In this document: positions 19,772 through 29,149 of the stretch, one piece after another
How positions within the stretch are numbered: position 1 is the first letter of the stretch
Layout of the letters: every line of letters starts with the position of its first letter
Assembly (NCBI GenBank): GCA_965228895.1
Contig: OZ245842.1
Span: 3,872,001-3,936,000 of the forward strand
Length of the DNA stretch: 64,000 nucleotides
Source: Alphaproteobacteria bacterium
GTDB lineage: Bacteria > Pseudomonadota > Alphaproteobacteria > SP197
Reading direction: 5' to 3'
Position numbers and translations under genes: made by a program
Notes under the pieces: generated by a model
What the model was told of the DNA's origin: nothing
Databases searched by the model: none
Seen by the model: only the letters and a program-made list of their open reading frames with translations

Positions 19772-21319
19772 ATGACAACGCTTCCCACCGACGCCCAACG
19801 CATCGGCGCCTGCCTCGCCCACCACACCGCGCAGATGCCTGATGGCGAGGCGTGCGTGCATCACGACCGGCGCGTTTCGTTCAGCGAACTCCACGGCGAC
19901 GTCACGCGATGGTCGAAGGCATTGATGGCGGCCGGTGTCGAACCCGGCGACCGCGTCGCCATGCTGACGGCACCGTGCATCGAATGGCTGACGGTGATGC
20001 TCGCCGTGACCGACATCGGCGCGATCTGGCTCGGCTATCATCCGCGCTACCAGCCCCCGGAGTTCCGGCACGTCACGGATCTTGCCAGGCCAAAGGTCGT
20101 CGTCGCCTTTCGGAACATCCATGGCCGCGACTACAGCGAGGAACTGGATGGCATGAATGACGCAGCGTCGGGCGTCGAGAAACTGGTCGTGCTGGACGAC
20201 ACCGATGCCCTCCTGGCGGCCGGCGACGCTGTTGCCGACGACGCACTCGCACGTCGGCAGAACGCGGTTCAGCCGGACGACACCGCCATCATCATCTTTA
20301 CATCCGGCACCACGGGTCAGCCGAAAGGCGCGATGGTACGCCACCGCGCGCTGCTGACCGGCGCCAAGACCGAATCGGAACACTGGCCAGCGACACGTCC
20401 GCGCATCCTGCACATGATGCCGGTCAATCACATCGCCGGCGCCGGCATGGTCGGTGTCTTCGGTCTTTATGCCGGCGGCACGCTGGTGTTCCAGGATAGA
20501 TTCGAGGCCGGCGACATGCTGCGCCTGATCGAACAGGAGTCGATCAGCTTTCTGTTGGGCTCGCCGGTGCAGTTTCACATGATGGCCCACCACGGCGAGC
20601 TGGAACGCCGCGACCTCTCCAGCCTCGCTTACACGGTCTGGGGCGGCGCGCCGATGGCCAAGGACCTGATCGAACGTCTAAACCGGCTGCCCGGCCATCT
20701 ATGCACGGCCTTCGGCATGACCGAACTGGGTCTTTATGCCACCTATTCGGACCTCGACACGCCGTTGGATGTTCTCAGCGCCACCATCGGCCGGCCCCAT
20801 GCGGACTATGATATCCGCGTCGCCGATGCGGACGGTCGTATCGCCTCGGCCGGCGAGGAAGGTGAGATCCAGGCGCGCGGCGACTGGCTCTTCGCCGGTT
20901 ACTTCGGCAACCCCGAAGCGACCGCGGACGCCTATACGGCGGACGGCTGGTTTCGCACCGGCGACATCGTGAAAGTGTCGCCGGACGGCAACCTGGAGAT
21001 CGTCGGCCGTGTGAAGGAAATGTTCATTTCCGGCGGTTTCAACATCTACCCGCGCGAGGTCGAAATCGTTCTGGAAAGCCACACGGCGACCGGTCTGGTC
21101 GCCGTTCTCGGTGTGCCGGACGATACCTTTGGCGAGGTCGGCCACGCCTTTATCGAGCTTCTGCCAGGCCATGAGGTGAGCGCCGACGAGCTCAGCGCCT
21201 GGTGCCGCGATCACCTGGCCAACTACAAGGTGCCCAAAGTCTTCGACATCCGGCCTGAACTGCCGCGCCTGCCGATCGGCAAAATCGATAAGCAGGCGCT
21301 GAAAAGGATGCTGGACTAA
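19772..21319 (+). CDS. AMP-binding acyl-CoA synthetase
   Basis: FTSGTTGQPKG, FGMTE, GWFRTGD, GRVKEMFISGGFNIYPREVE, GKIDK. Confidence 0.93.
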   Translation: MTTLPTDAQRIGACLAHHTAQMPDGEACVHHDRRVSFSELHGDVTRWSKALMAAGVEPGDRVAMLTAPCIEWLTVMLAVTDIGAIWLGYHPRYQPPEFRHVTDLARPKVVVAFRNIHGRDYSEELDGMNDAASGVEKLVVLDDTDALLAAGDAVADDALARRQNAVQPDDTAIIIFTSGTTGQPKGAMVRHRALLTGAKTESEHWPATRPRILHMMPVNHIAGAGMVGVFGLYAGGTLVFQDRFEAGDMLRLIEQESISFLLGSPVQFHMMAHHGELERRDLSSLAYTVWGGAPMAKDLIERLNRLPGHLCTAFGMTELGLYATYSDLDTPLDVLSATIGRPHADYDIRVADADGRIASAGEEGEIQARGDWLFAGYFGNPEATADAYTADGWFRTGDIVKVSPDGNLEIVGRVKEMFISGGFNIYPREVEIVLESHTATGLVAVLGVPDDTFGEVGHAFIELLPGHEVSADELSAWCRDHLANYKVPKVFDIRPELPRLPIGKIDKQALKRMLD

Positions 21320-21371
21320 ACGAGAGAGGTCCCGTCGCTACCGTCTATTCCCCGGGAACCGGACACGGTGA

Positions 21372-21824
21372 CTAGCCAGTCTGCTTGCCCTTTTCGGGTA
21401 CCTCGTGGGCGACCATAATCCGCGAGACCGCGGCCACCGCCAGGCCGGTTGAGAGCCCGAACAAGAGAATGCCGCCGGCCGCCTCCAGGCTGCTCAAGAG
21501 TTGCCAGCGTTCGCTCAGCACGATGTCGCCATAACCCAATGTCGTGAACGTTACGGTCGAGAAATAGAGCGAATCCGTCATGTTGGGGAACTCGCCCAGG
21601 TGAATGTAGAGCGCGGCCCAAAGCCAGATCTCGATCGTGTGGGCGAACAACAGGCCCATCATGATGACGACCATGGTGATCGTCGCGCCGAAATAGAAAC
21701 TCGATTTGAGCCAAGCGCCAGCGTGACGGCGCAGGATACCGAGCAGGATGGCCATGGCGGCAATGTGGACGGCGACACAAAGCGCCACCATGCCCGAACC
21801 CAAGAGCAGTTGCTGAACCAGCAT
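21372..21824 (-). CDS. Small potassium channel family protein (Ion_trans_2)
   Basis: YFSTVTFTTLGYGD selectivity filter flanked by TM helices. Confidence 0.88.
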   Translation of the reverse strand: MLVQQLLLGSGMVALCVAVHIAAMAILLGILRRHAGAWLKSSFYFGATITMVVIMMGLLFAHTIEIWLWAALYIHLGEFPNMTDSLYFSTVTFTTLGYGDIVLSERWQLLSSLEAAGGILLFGLSTGLAVAAVSRIMVAHEVPEKGKQTG

Positions 21825-21926
21825 GGCGCATCATAAGGCGATGATGTCGCGTCCGTCATGCCCGGACTATCCACATGCATGGCAGGACTGTTTATCACTC
21901 AAAAGTCGTCCTATGCTTGTTCCGTC

Positions 21927-22889
21927 ATGACTGCGACACGCCCCAATGCCGTCCCGGTCCCGACCCGCGACGTCGCGCAGGCCAAGGCCGATATCGCCCA
22001 CGCGGGTTATGGGATCCTTGAAGGCGCGCTGGATGAGGCGACCACGACGGCGATCCGCGACCGGCTGTTGGATCAGGCGACAGCCGAGCGCGAGCGACAG
22101 GTCGATGTCAGCAACTCCGCGGTCGAACCCGACGACGATGTGAACCAGTGGGTCACCATGCTGCCCAACAAGGGGCCGATGTTCCGCGCGCTGATCAACA
22201 ATGACGGTTGTCTCGGCCTCGTGCGCTCCGTCCTGGGCGATGATGCCATCCTCTCGGAGTTCTCCGCCCACATCACCTGGCCGGGCAATAAGGAAATGGC
22301 GCTCCACACCGACCAGTGGTTCATGCCCCAGCCGGCCCTGCCCGGCGAACATCGCAACCGGGTCAGCGAGATCACCCGCGCCGAGCAGCCGTTCGGCGGG
22401 CCCGAGCCCGCCACATGGGCGATCAACGCGCCGGTCGTCACCAACGCCATGTGGGCGATCACCGATTTCACGCGCGAAAATGGCGCGACCCGCCTGGTGC
22501 CCAAAAGCCACCTTTCCGGCAACCATCCCGCGCCCGACACGGCCTATGACTGTGTCTTTGCCGAGGCACCGGCCGGCAGCCTGGTCGTGTGGGAAGGCCG
22601 GACCTGGCATGCGGCAAGCCTCAACACCGGCACGACGCCGCGCATGGGCATCACGACCCATTGGTGCGCGCCCTTCATGCGCCAGCTTCTGAACTTCACC
22701 TATGGCTTGCGGCCGGAGGTTGCCGCCGACCTCACCGAGCACGAACGTGCGGTGATGGGTTTCAAGATCTGGAGCACCTATGGCGCCACCGGTGACTTCA
22801 ACGCCACATGGGCGACACCTGGCGTTGAGAACCCGGGCGAGATGTCGACGCACGACGAGACGGACGTCTTCTCTATACCAGAGGACTAG
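21927..22889 (+). CDS. PhyH family Fe(II)/2OG dioxygenase
   Basis: ALHTDQW, MWAITDFTRENGATRLVPKSH, WHAA; start trimmed to ATG 21927. Confidence 0.85.
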   Translation: MTATRPNAVPVPTRDVAQAKADIAHAGYGILEGALDEATTTAIRDRLLDQATAERERQVDVSNSAVEPDDDVNQWVTMLPNKGPMFRALINNDGCLGLVRSVLGDDAILSEFSAHITWPGNKEMALHTDQWFMPQPALPGEHRNRVSEITRAEQPFGGPEPATWAINAPVVTNAMWAITDFTRENGATRLVPKSHLSGNHPAPDTAYDCVFAEAPAGSLVVWEGRTWHAASLNTGTTPRMGITTHWCAPFMRQLLNFTYGLRPEVAADLTEHERAVMGFKIWSTYGATGDFNATWATPGVENPGEMSTHDETDVFSIPED

Positions 22890-23081
22890 TCCGAAGGTGT
22901 TTGAGTCATACGATATAGACGAACGTAACGCTCCCTGAACCCCTACACTTCATCCTTGGTGGACACGTCGCGAACTGCCGTAGACGCAACGCGCATTGTG
23001 CGCAGGCGACTCATGGCCTGAGACGTAGCGCTTGAGCGTCGATCGGCAGAACCGCAGTCCGCCAAGGGAGCGCGTACAGTC

Positions 23082-23645
23082 ATGGACAGCGGATCGAAAG
23101 AGAGCACCTCAAAGATTGCTGCCGCTATTGCCGCCGCTTTCATGGTGACGACATCCACAGTGGCGTTGGCAGAGACCGGTGAGTCGCCACAAAGCCAGAA
23201 CACGACGGTTTCGATCATCATTCCTGAACGGGTCAGCGTCCGGGAAGTCGACGAAGTCAGCGCGGGCGCGTCGGCCCTCGCCAGCGACGAACAGGCTGCG
23301 GTCAATCTTTGCGTCTGGTCGCAGGGTGGCGCCGCTGACGCCTACCAGGTGACCGTGATTTCCGATACCGGCGACTACAAGCTGACCAACGCTGAGTCGT
23401 CTGGCGATGTCGACTTTACGGTGGAATGGCGAAACCAGGCGACCCAATCCAACGGCACAGCCGTTCCCTACAACACGGCAACGCCACTTGTGCCTTTAGC
23501 GCCAACGACGCCCACCTGTGGCGGAGATGGAAACAGCAATTCAACGATCGTTGTCGACATTGCCGAAGGTGATCTATCGCTTCAGAAGGCGAACGCGGCC
23601 GGTTATGATGCGACCCTGACCGTCACCGTGGCCGCCGCGCCCTGA
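23082..23645 (+). CDS. Secreted beta-rich protein resembling a chaperone-usher (Csu/SCPU- or CS1-like) pilin subunit
   Basis: Signal peptide (ALA), two Cys, alternating beta pattern, C-terminal GYDATLTVTV strand. Confidence 0.55.
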   Translation: MDSGSKESTSKIAAAIAAAFMVTTSTVALAETGESPQSQNTTVSIIIPERVSVREVDEVSAGASALASDEQAAVNLCVWSQGGAADAYQVTVISDTGDYKLTNAESSGDVDFTVEWRNQATQSNGTAVPYNTATPLVPLAPTTPTCGGDGNSNSTIVVDIAEGDLSLQKANAAGYDATLTVTVAAAP

Positions 23646-23733
23646 CCGATCCAGAAACACCACTCAACGTAGGTGATTCGCACATCGTGTTCATCGAAGC
23701 CGGATCATGTCCGACGCTCGAGATAGATGTGCG

Positions 23734-24981
23734 TTAGACGTCTTCCCAGGGGAAACTGTCCAGCCGTTCGGCGCCGTCCGCGGTGACAAGCACCTGGGTC
23801 TCCAGCTTGATGCACTCGCTGCCTTTTTCGCCGATCAGGCTCTCGACACATACCGTCATGTTTTCTTCGAAGTGGCCGTCATAGCCGTGCTCGAAGTCGG
23901 GATGCAGCAGCACCACCGGCCACTCGTCAGCCATGCCGACGCCGTGGACGGCGAGCGAATAACGATAGGGTTGGTGTTTCTCGGGGATGCGCCAGGACTT
24001 CTCATTGAATTCGCGGAAGCTGACGCCCGCTTTGACGAGCGCCAGGTTATGGTCGATCTGCTCGCGCGCGGTCAGATAGAGCTCGCGCTGGCGATTGGTC
24101 ATCGCAACGTGTCCGCACGTCCATGACCGCGAGAGATCGGCGCAATAGCCATAGGGCCCGATCATATCGGTGTCGAAGCTGATCATGTCGCCTTCCCGGC
24201 AGACATAGTCCGAACACTCGGCATACCAGGGATTGGTGTGCGGGCCGGCAAGCAACAGCCGCGTCTCCAGCCAGCCGCCGCCCGAGCGCGCGTTCTCGTG
24301 ATGCAGCTCGGCCCAGATCTCCTGTTCCGTCTTGCCCGGCAGCGAAGCCTCGTACATGCGCGCCATGCCGGCCTCGCAGACCCGGATCGTCCAACGCATC
24401 AGGTCCAGTTCATCGGCGCTCTTGATGGCGCGCGCGCGTTCGGTCAATTCCTGACCCTCGACATAGGTGTAGCCCAGGTCTTCCAGGGCCTTCAGGCCAG
24501 GCGGTTCGATCTTGTCAATGGCAAGACGCCGGTTGCCGCCGCCATGGGCGCGCATGAGCTCGTCGATTTCGCCGGCCCAGTGTTCGAGCCTTTCGTCGCC
24601 GCGGTCGCCGGCCGCCATGTAAATCCATGACGTCGCCCGGCGCACCTCGTCGACCGCGGCGATGCCATCGCTCAAATGTTCGGCGTCCTTGAACTCGAAC
24701 AGCACGGCGGGGCCGTCGGTGAAGATGAGCGCGTAGCGCACGGCGTTATGCAGCGCCCAAAGCTGCATGTTCGTGACATCGAGCGCGTAGTGAATGTTGA
24801 CGGGGTCATAAAGCAGGATCGCCGCGCAATCGTGCTTTGCGAGTTCGCCGCGCAAACGCCCCAGACGATAGGCGCGCGCGGCCTCCAGCGTCGACACAGG
24901 CAACGGACTTTTCAGCGGTTTGTCGGCGCCCTCTTCGTTCAGATAGGTCGCCTTGCGTGGGTCTTTGAAAACCTCGGCCAT
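23734..24981 (-). CDS. dddP: M24 metallopeptidase-fold protein, DMSP lyase DddP-like
   Basis: DPVNIHY...NMQLW..HN, WLETRLL..GPHTNPW, FDTD, DLSR, HGVGMADEWP, CVE, KLE resemble DddP signatures recalled from Roseobacter DddP. Confidence 0.65.
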   Translation of the reverse strand: MAEVFKDPRKATYLNEEGADKPLKSPLPVSTLEAARAYRLGRLRGELAKHDCAAILLYDPVNIHYALDVTNMQLWALHNAVRYALIFTDGPAVLFEFKDAEHLSDGIAAVDEVRRATSWIYMAAGDRGDERLEHWAGEIDELMRAHGGGNRRLAIDKIEPPGLKALEDLGYTYVEGQELTERARAIKSADELDLMRWTIRVCEAGMARMYEASLPGKTEQEIWAELHHENARSGGGWLETRLLLAGPHTNPWYAECSDYVCREGDMISFDTDMIGPYGYCADLSRSWTCGHVAMTNRQRELYLTAREQIDHNLALVKAGVSFREFNEKSWRIPEKHQPYRYSLAVHGVGMADEWPVVLLHPDFEHGYDGHFEENMTVCVESLIGEKGSECIKLETQVLVTADGAERLDSFPWEDV

Positions 24982-24986
24982 GACCT

Positions 24987-25775
24987 TCAGCCTGCCCTTC
25001 CGTAAAAGCCGATGCGCTCGGCTTCGCTGAACGCGACCCCGGCGTTCTCGTAATAGGAAAAGACAGCGATGATGCGGTCACGTCCACCCTCGACCGGCGT
25101 GACCCGATGCGCGGTGTTCTTGCCCTTGAAGACATTCAACGTGCCCGGCGCCAGCGGCAGCGTCATGACTCCCGGATCGCGGCCTTGAAGCAGGTCGGCG
25201 ACGCCGTCGTAGTTGGGATCGCAATCGGTACGCAAACCCTGGCGGTATTGGAAGTCGCCGCCCGACACCGGCGCCTGCAACAACAATGTCGTCGTGAACT
25301 CCGAACGGTCGAAGTGCCAATTGAGCGCCTCGCCCGCGTGATAGGCCATGACATTGGCGCACGCTAACGGATCGTCCATGGTGTAGAGCACCGGTTTTTC
25401 CATGACATCGGCCAGGAACGCCGCAAGCGGCGGCCATTCATAGATCCGGCAGACCAGGCTGTCGGGAATCTGGTCCGCGCACACCGTGTGGTTGACCGTC
25501 TCGAATTCCGTCAACGCCGGATGATCGCGCGCCAGGCCGTCGACTTCGGGCAGGAAGTAGATGTTGTGACGCCGGCTGTGGGTGAACGCGCGCTCGCGCA
25601 GCGTGGGCGTGACCTCCGTAACAATCCGCTCGAGAGCGTCCGGCCGAACCAGGCCTTCCAGATTGAACAAACCGTGGGTTTCGAGCTCGTCGCGGCAGCG
25701 GTCGACAAGCACGGCGTAGTCGTCAGATGCCATCCGGTCGAGCGGATATCGATTGAGATCAAGAATGTCGTGCAT
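24987..25775 (-). CDS. BesD/HalD-family 2OG-Fe(II) oxygenase (HxD hydroxylase type)
   Basis: LNWHFDRSEFTTTLLLQAP..GG.F, HRVTPV, RIIAVFSY, FYGR. Confidence 0.75.
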   Translation of the reverse strand: MHDILDLNRYPLDRMASDDYAVLVDRCRDELETHGLFNLEGLVRPDALERIVTEVTPTLRERAFTHSRRHNIYFLPEVDGLARDHPALTEFETVNHTVCADQIPDSLVCRIYEWPPLAAFLADVMEKPVLYTMDDPLACANVMAYHAGEALNWHFDRSEFTTTLLLQAPVSGGDFQYRQGLRTDCDPNYDGVADLLQGRDPGVMTLPLAPGTLNVFKGKNTAHRVTPVEGGRDRIIAVFSYYENAGVAFSEAERIGFYGRAG

Positions 25776-25901
25776 CGGGCGGGACCACCTTCTGAACGAG
25801 GGTCAAACGTCTAAGACCGCACACTATCGACGCTTGCCAGCGAACGTCCAATCATCGCGCCGCTGCAGTTTCATGCATGCGATTAATGAAAATGTCGACA
25901 C

Positions 25902-27089
25902 CTACCACCATGTGATCGGCGAATGGGTGATGATCTCGTTGTGGTCGTCATGGACGATCAGGTTTTGCTCGTGGGCGGCGGTGCCAACACCGTCGACATG
26001 CAGGAAGGCCTCGATACCCAGCACCATGCCGGCATCGAAGCGGTCGTCTTCGGCCGACATCTTCAGACCGATGTAAGGGTGTTCCCAATAGAGGCCGGTG
26101 CCGTGGCCATAGAGTGGCCATTGGTCGTTCATCTGGCTGCCGCCCTCGGCAAAACGCGCGCTCATCTCATCGCCAAGACGTGCGACGTCGTGCACCAGGA
26201 CGCCCGGTCTGATCGCCTCGATCACCGCGTCGACGATGGCAATGCAGTTCTCGATCAAGGCGCGCTGATCGCTGGTCGGCTTGCCGCCGGCGACCGCCGT
26301 GCGGCCGGGATCGAGCCAGTAGCCCTGATAGATGATACTGTCGAGCCAGCCGCGAACGAGGTCACCGGACTTCGGCACGTCGGTCGAGCAGCCGGTGAAG
26401 GGGTTGGTCGCCCAGCGCGAGATCTGCTCGCCATGGGCGACCGGTATCATTTGGCAGGTCGCGCCACGGCGCAGCAGGGTCGCCACCGCATCGGCAACCG
26501 AGTCGGCCTCGCTGGCGCCGCCGACCAGGCCGGTCATCAGCGCGTTGAGCGCCTCGGTCGCGATATCACCGGCCTCGCGGCACCGTTCCTGTTCCCGGGC
26601 GCTCTTGATGCGACGGGGCCGCTGCACCAGCAGATCGTCGACCGACCACGCGACGTCGGGTGCGGCCTCCTGCAGCATCGACCAGTAGCGCATGGGCAGA
26701 AAGTCGCTGCCGGTCAGCACAACATTGCGGGCGCCGGTCTGGGTCAGGCGGCGGCCGGTGGCGGCAATCGGGTTGGTGCTGCCCTCGACCCGGTCGGTCG
26801 CGATGAGCTCGCGCCGCGGGTCCGGCTCGTCGATGATCAGTTCGGGCACCTCGCCCGGCCTCATGATGACGGCGTACAGCGAACGGGCCGTGTTGAGCGG
26901 GTTGTCGACCTCCTGGCCGGAAGCGCATGAATAGTGGTTGGTCAGATAGAGCACATCGCCGCAGCGGTCGTAGCTGCCGCCGCCCTTGCCCCAGATCACC
27001 GCGGCGTCATAGCCGCCGTCACCGATCGCCCTGTTGACTGCTGCCCACCGGCTTTCGTACTCGTCGGGCGGAAACAATCCGCTTTCCAT
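25902..27089 (-). CDS. M24 family (Xaa-Pro peptidase/creatinase-like) hydrolase
   Basis: FPPDEYESR N-terminus, RRIKS, GYWLDPGRT, GHGTG, GMVLGIE, HEQ. Confidence 0.82.
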   Translation of the reverse strand: MESGLFPPDEYESRWAAVNRAIGDGGYDAAVIWGKGGGSYDRCGDVLYLTNHYSCASGQEVDNPLNTARSLYAVIMRPGEVPELIIDEPDPRRELIATDRVEGSTNPIAATGRRLTQTGARNVVLTGSDFLPMRYWSMLQEAAPDVAWSVDDLLVQRPRRIKSAREQERCREAGDIATEALNALMTGLVGGASEADSVADAVATLLRRGATCQMIPVAHGEQISRWATNPFTGCSTDVPKSGDLVRGWLDSIIYQGYWLDPGRTAVAGGKPTSDQRALIENCIAIVDAVIEAIRPGVLVHDVARLGDEMSARFAEGGSQMNDQWPLYGHGTGLYWEHPYIGLKMSAEDDRFDAGMVLGIEAFLHVDGVGTAAHEQNLIVHDDHNEIITHSPITWW

Positions 27090-27211
27090 GTACCTCTCCA
27101 TGCTGGGATCAACCAACGCTAGACGTTGAATCGGCCCGCGCCAAGCCGCCGGAGGCTTGGGATAGTGTCGAAGATGGCTTATCTAACAGAACGAAGACGG
27201 ATGGAGAGACC

Positions 27212-27889
27212 ATGTCCGACAACGCCCTGAACGACGACTTTTCAGCGCTGGCCGTCATGGACACCGCTGCCATGGACTGGCAGGCGAGCCCCAGCCCGTC
27301 GGTCTGGCGTAAACGTCTCGAGCTGAGCGGCCCGGCGGAGGCCGGCCGCGTCACGTCGATCGTACGCTATGACGCCGATAGCCGGTTTCACGAACACCCT
27401 CATCCCGACGGCGAGGAGATCTTTGTGCTGGAGGGTGTTTTTTCCGACGAGCACGGCGACTATCCGCCTGGTAGTTTTCTGCTGAACCCCGAAGGCTTCA
27501 ACCATGCGCCGCGCTCAAAAGACGGCTGCGTCCTGTTCGTGAAGCTGCGCCAATATCCCGGCCTCGACCGCAATCAGATCAAGGTCGACACGGCGAGCGC
27601 GCCCTGGCGTGCCGGCTCGGTCGACGGCATCAGTGTGCAGGACCTCTATCACGAGCCCGATCATCCCGAACGGATATCCCACGTACGTATCGAGCCAGGC
27701 ACCCAAGTGCCCGAACACGGCCACCTGTCAGGTGAAGAAGTCTTCGTGCTGGAGGGTGGTTACCACGACGAGCACGGCAGCTTTGGCGCCGGCAGTTGGG
27801 TGCGTTATCCCGCCGGCAGCCGCCACACGCCGGTGACCGACGGGGGATGCCGCCTTTACGTCAAGTCGGGGCATCTGGTCGATGCCTAG
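27212..27889 (+). CDS. ChrR-like double cupin domain protein
   Basis: HPHPDGEEIFVLEG and HGHLSGEEVFVLEG repeats; LFVKL. Confidence 0.88.
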   Translation: MSDNALNDDFSALAVMDTAAMDWQASPSPSVWRKRLELSGPAEAGRVTSIVRYDADSRFHEHPHPDGEEIFVLEGVFSDEHGDYPPGSFLLNPEGFNHAPRSKDGCVLFVKLRQYPGLDRNQIKVDTASAPWRAGSVDGISVQDLYHEPDHPERISHVRIEPGTQVPEHGHLSGEEVFVLEGGYHDEHGSFGAGSWVRYPAGSRHTPVTDGGCRLYVKSGHLVDA

Positions 27890-28934
27890 CCCGGCACTCA
27901 GGCGCGCCGAGGGCCCGGCCGTGTGGCATGGGCCTGAGATGGCGCAGCGCTCCGAGTGGTTGGTAGCGCTGTCCGATGACCACATCGCCGAGCTGGAAAC
28001 AGCGGCCACCGGCTTGCTGACCGAAGGCCGGGCGCTTGAAACCGTCGGCATTGACGATGTTTCCCTGCCCAGAGTCGACCCACTGCTGGCCGAGGTCACA
28101 TCCGAAGTTCTCAACGGGCGCGGCTTCGTCTTGCTGCGCGGCCTGCCGGTCGAGCGCTGGGACCTCGAGACGACGGCGGCGGCCTATTGGATGATCGGCA
28201 CGCGCCTGGGTCAGGCGGTATCGCAGAATGCCCAAGGCCATCTGCTGGGCCACGTGCGCGATCTGGGCAACGACCCGGATAGCCCGAAGACGCGCATCTA
28301 TACCACCCGCGCGGCCCAGGAGTTTCATACCGACAGTTGCGATATCGTCGGCCTGTTGTGCCTGAAACCCGCCGCCAAGGGCGGCGCCAGCAGCCTGGCC
28401 AGCTCGACCGCGATCTATAACGAGATCGCCGCCACGCGCCCTGACCTCGCCCACGTTTTGATGCAGCCTTTCACGGTCGACCGTAAGGGCGAGGTGCCGG
28501 ACGGCAAGGACCCGATCTATGACCTCGCCATCTTCCACGACTTCGCCGGCCATATCACGGCGATCTATGCCAGGAGTTTCATCCGCGCCGCGCAATCCAG
28601 ACCCGAAGTCGCACGCCTGACGGCCGCCCAGAACGAGGCCATGGACATGGTCGATGCGCTGGCCGCCAGCGATGCCTTTCGGTTCGACATGGACTTTCGC
28701 CCCGGCGACATGCAGTTCCTGCACAATCACCAGATCCTTCACGCGCGCACGGCCTATGACGACCACATCGACCCCGCGCATAAGCGTCATCTTCTGCGTC
28801 TGTGGATATCCGCGCGCTCGGGGCGGCCGTTGCCACCGGGTTTCGCGGAACGCTACGGGCCGCTCGATCAGGGCGCCGTACGCGGCGGCATCCGTGTTCC
28901 CGGTGTTAGACCCGTCGTCTCTCTGACGCCTTAG
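27882..28934 (+). CDS. TauD/TfdA family dioxygenase
   Basis: GRGFVLLRG, FHTDSCD, NHQILHAR, RHLLRLW; 8-nt overlap with cupin gene. Confidence 0.9.
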   Translation: MPSPALRRAEGPAVWHGPEMAQRSEWLVALSDDHIAELETAATGLLTEGRALETVGIDDVSLPRVDPLLAEVTSEVLNGRGFVLLRGLPVERWDLETTAAAYWMIGTRLGQAVSQNAQGHLLGHVRDLGNDPDSPKTRIYTTRAAQEFHTDSCDIVGLLCLKPAAKGGASSLASSTAIYNEIAATRPDLAHVLMQPFTVDRKGEVPDGKDPIYDLAIFHDFAGHITAIYARSFIRAAQSRPEVARLTAAQNEAMDMVDALAASDAFRFDMDFRPGDMQFLHNHQILHARTAYDDHIDPAHKRHLLRLWISARSGRPLPPGFAERYGPLDQGAVRGGIRVPGVRPVVSLTP

Positions 28935-28962
28935 ATCATATTCCGCTCACGCGAGAGCGGCG

Positions 28963-29030
28963 CCGGACCACTCCCCCGCCCGGCTACCCATGGCAGCATC
29001 CTCGGGGTGGCCGGGTGGGGCGTGGGCTGG
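28963..29030. repeat. GC-rich hairpin repeat, copy 2 (degenerate stem)
   Basis: CCACTCCCCCGCCCGGC...CCATGGCAGCATCCTCGGGGTGGCCGGG shared with 10137-10205. Confidence 0.8.
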
Positions 29031-29149
29031 TGATGCCACTAGACGGCGACGCCCTAAGCAACAAAAGCTCAGAGTTCCCATCGAATTCAACGGCCATCCG
29101 TTCCACAATGATGCGCGCGCGGGTTGCGCGCGATCACAGGGGGAACGGC

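Noticed and set aside
24987-25775. BesD-type radical halogenase
   Set aside because: The facial triad is HFD; halogenases have Gly or Ala in place of the Asp
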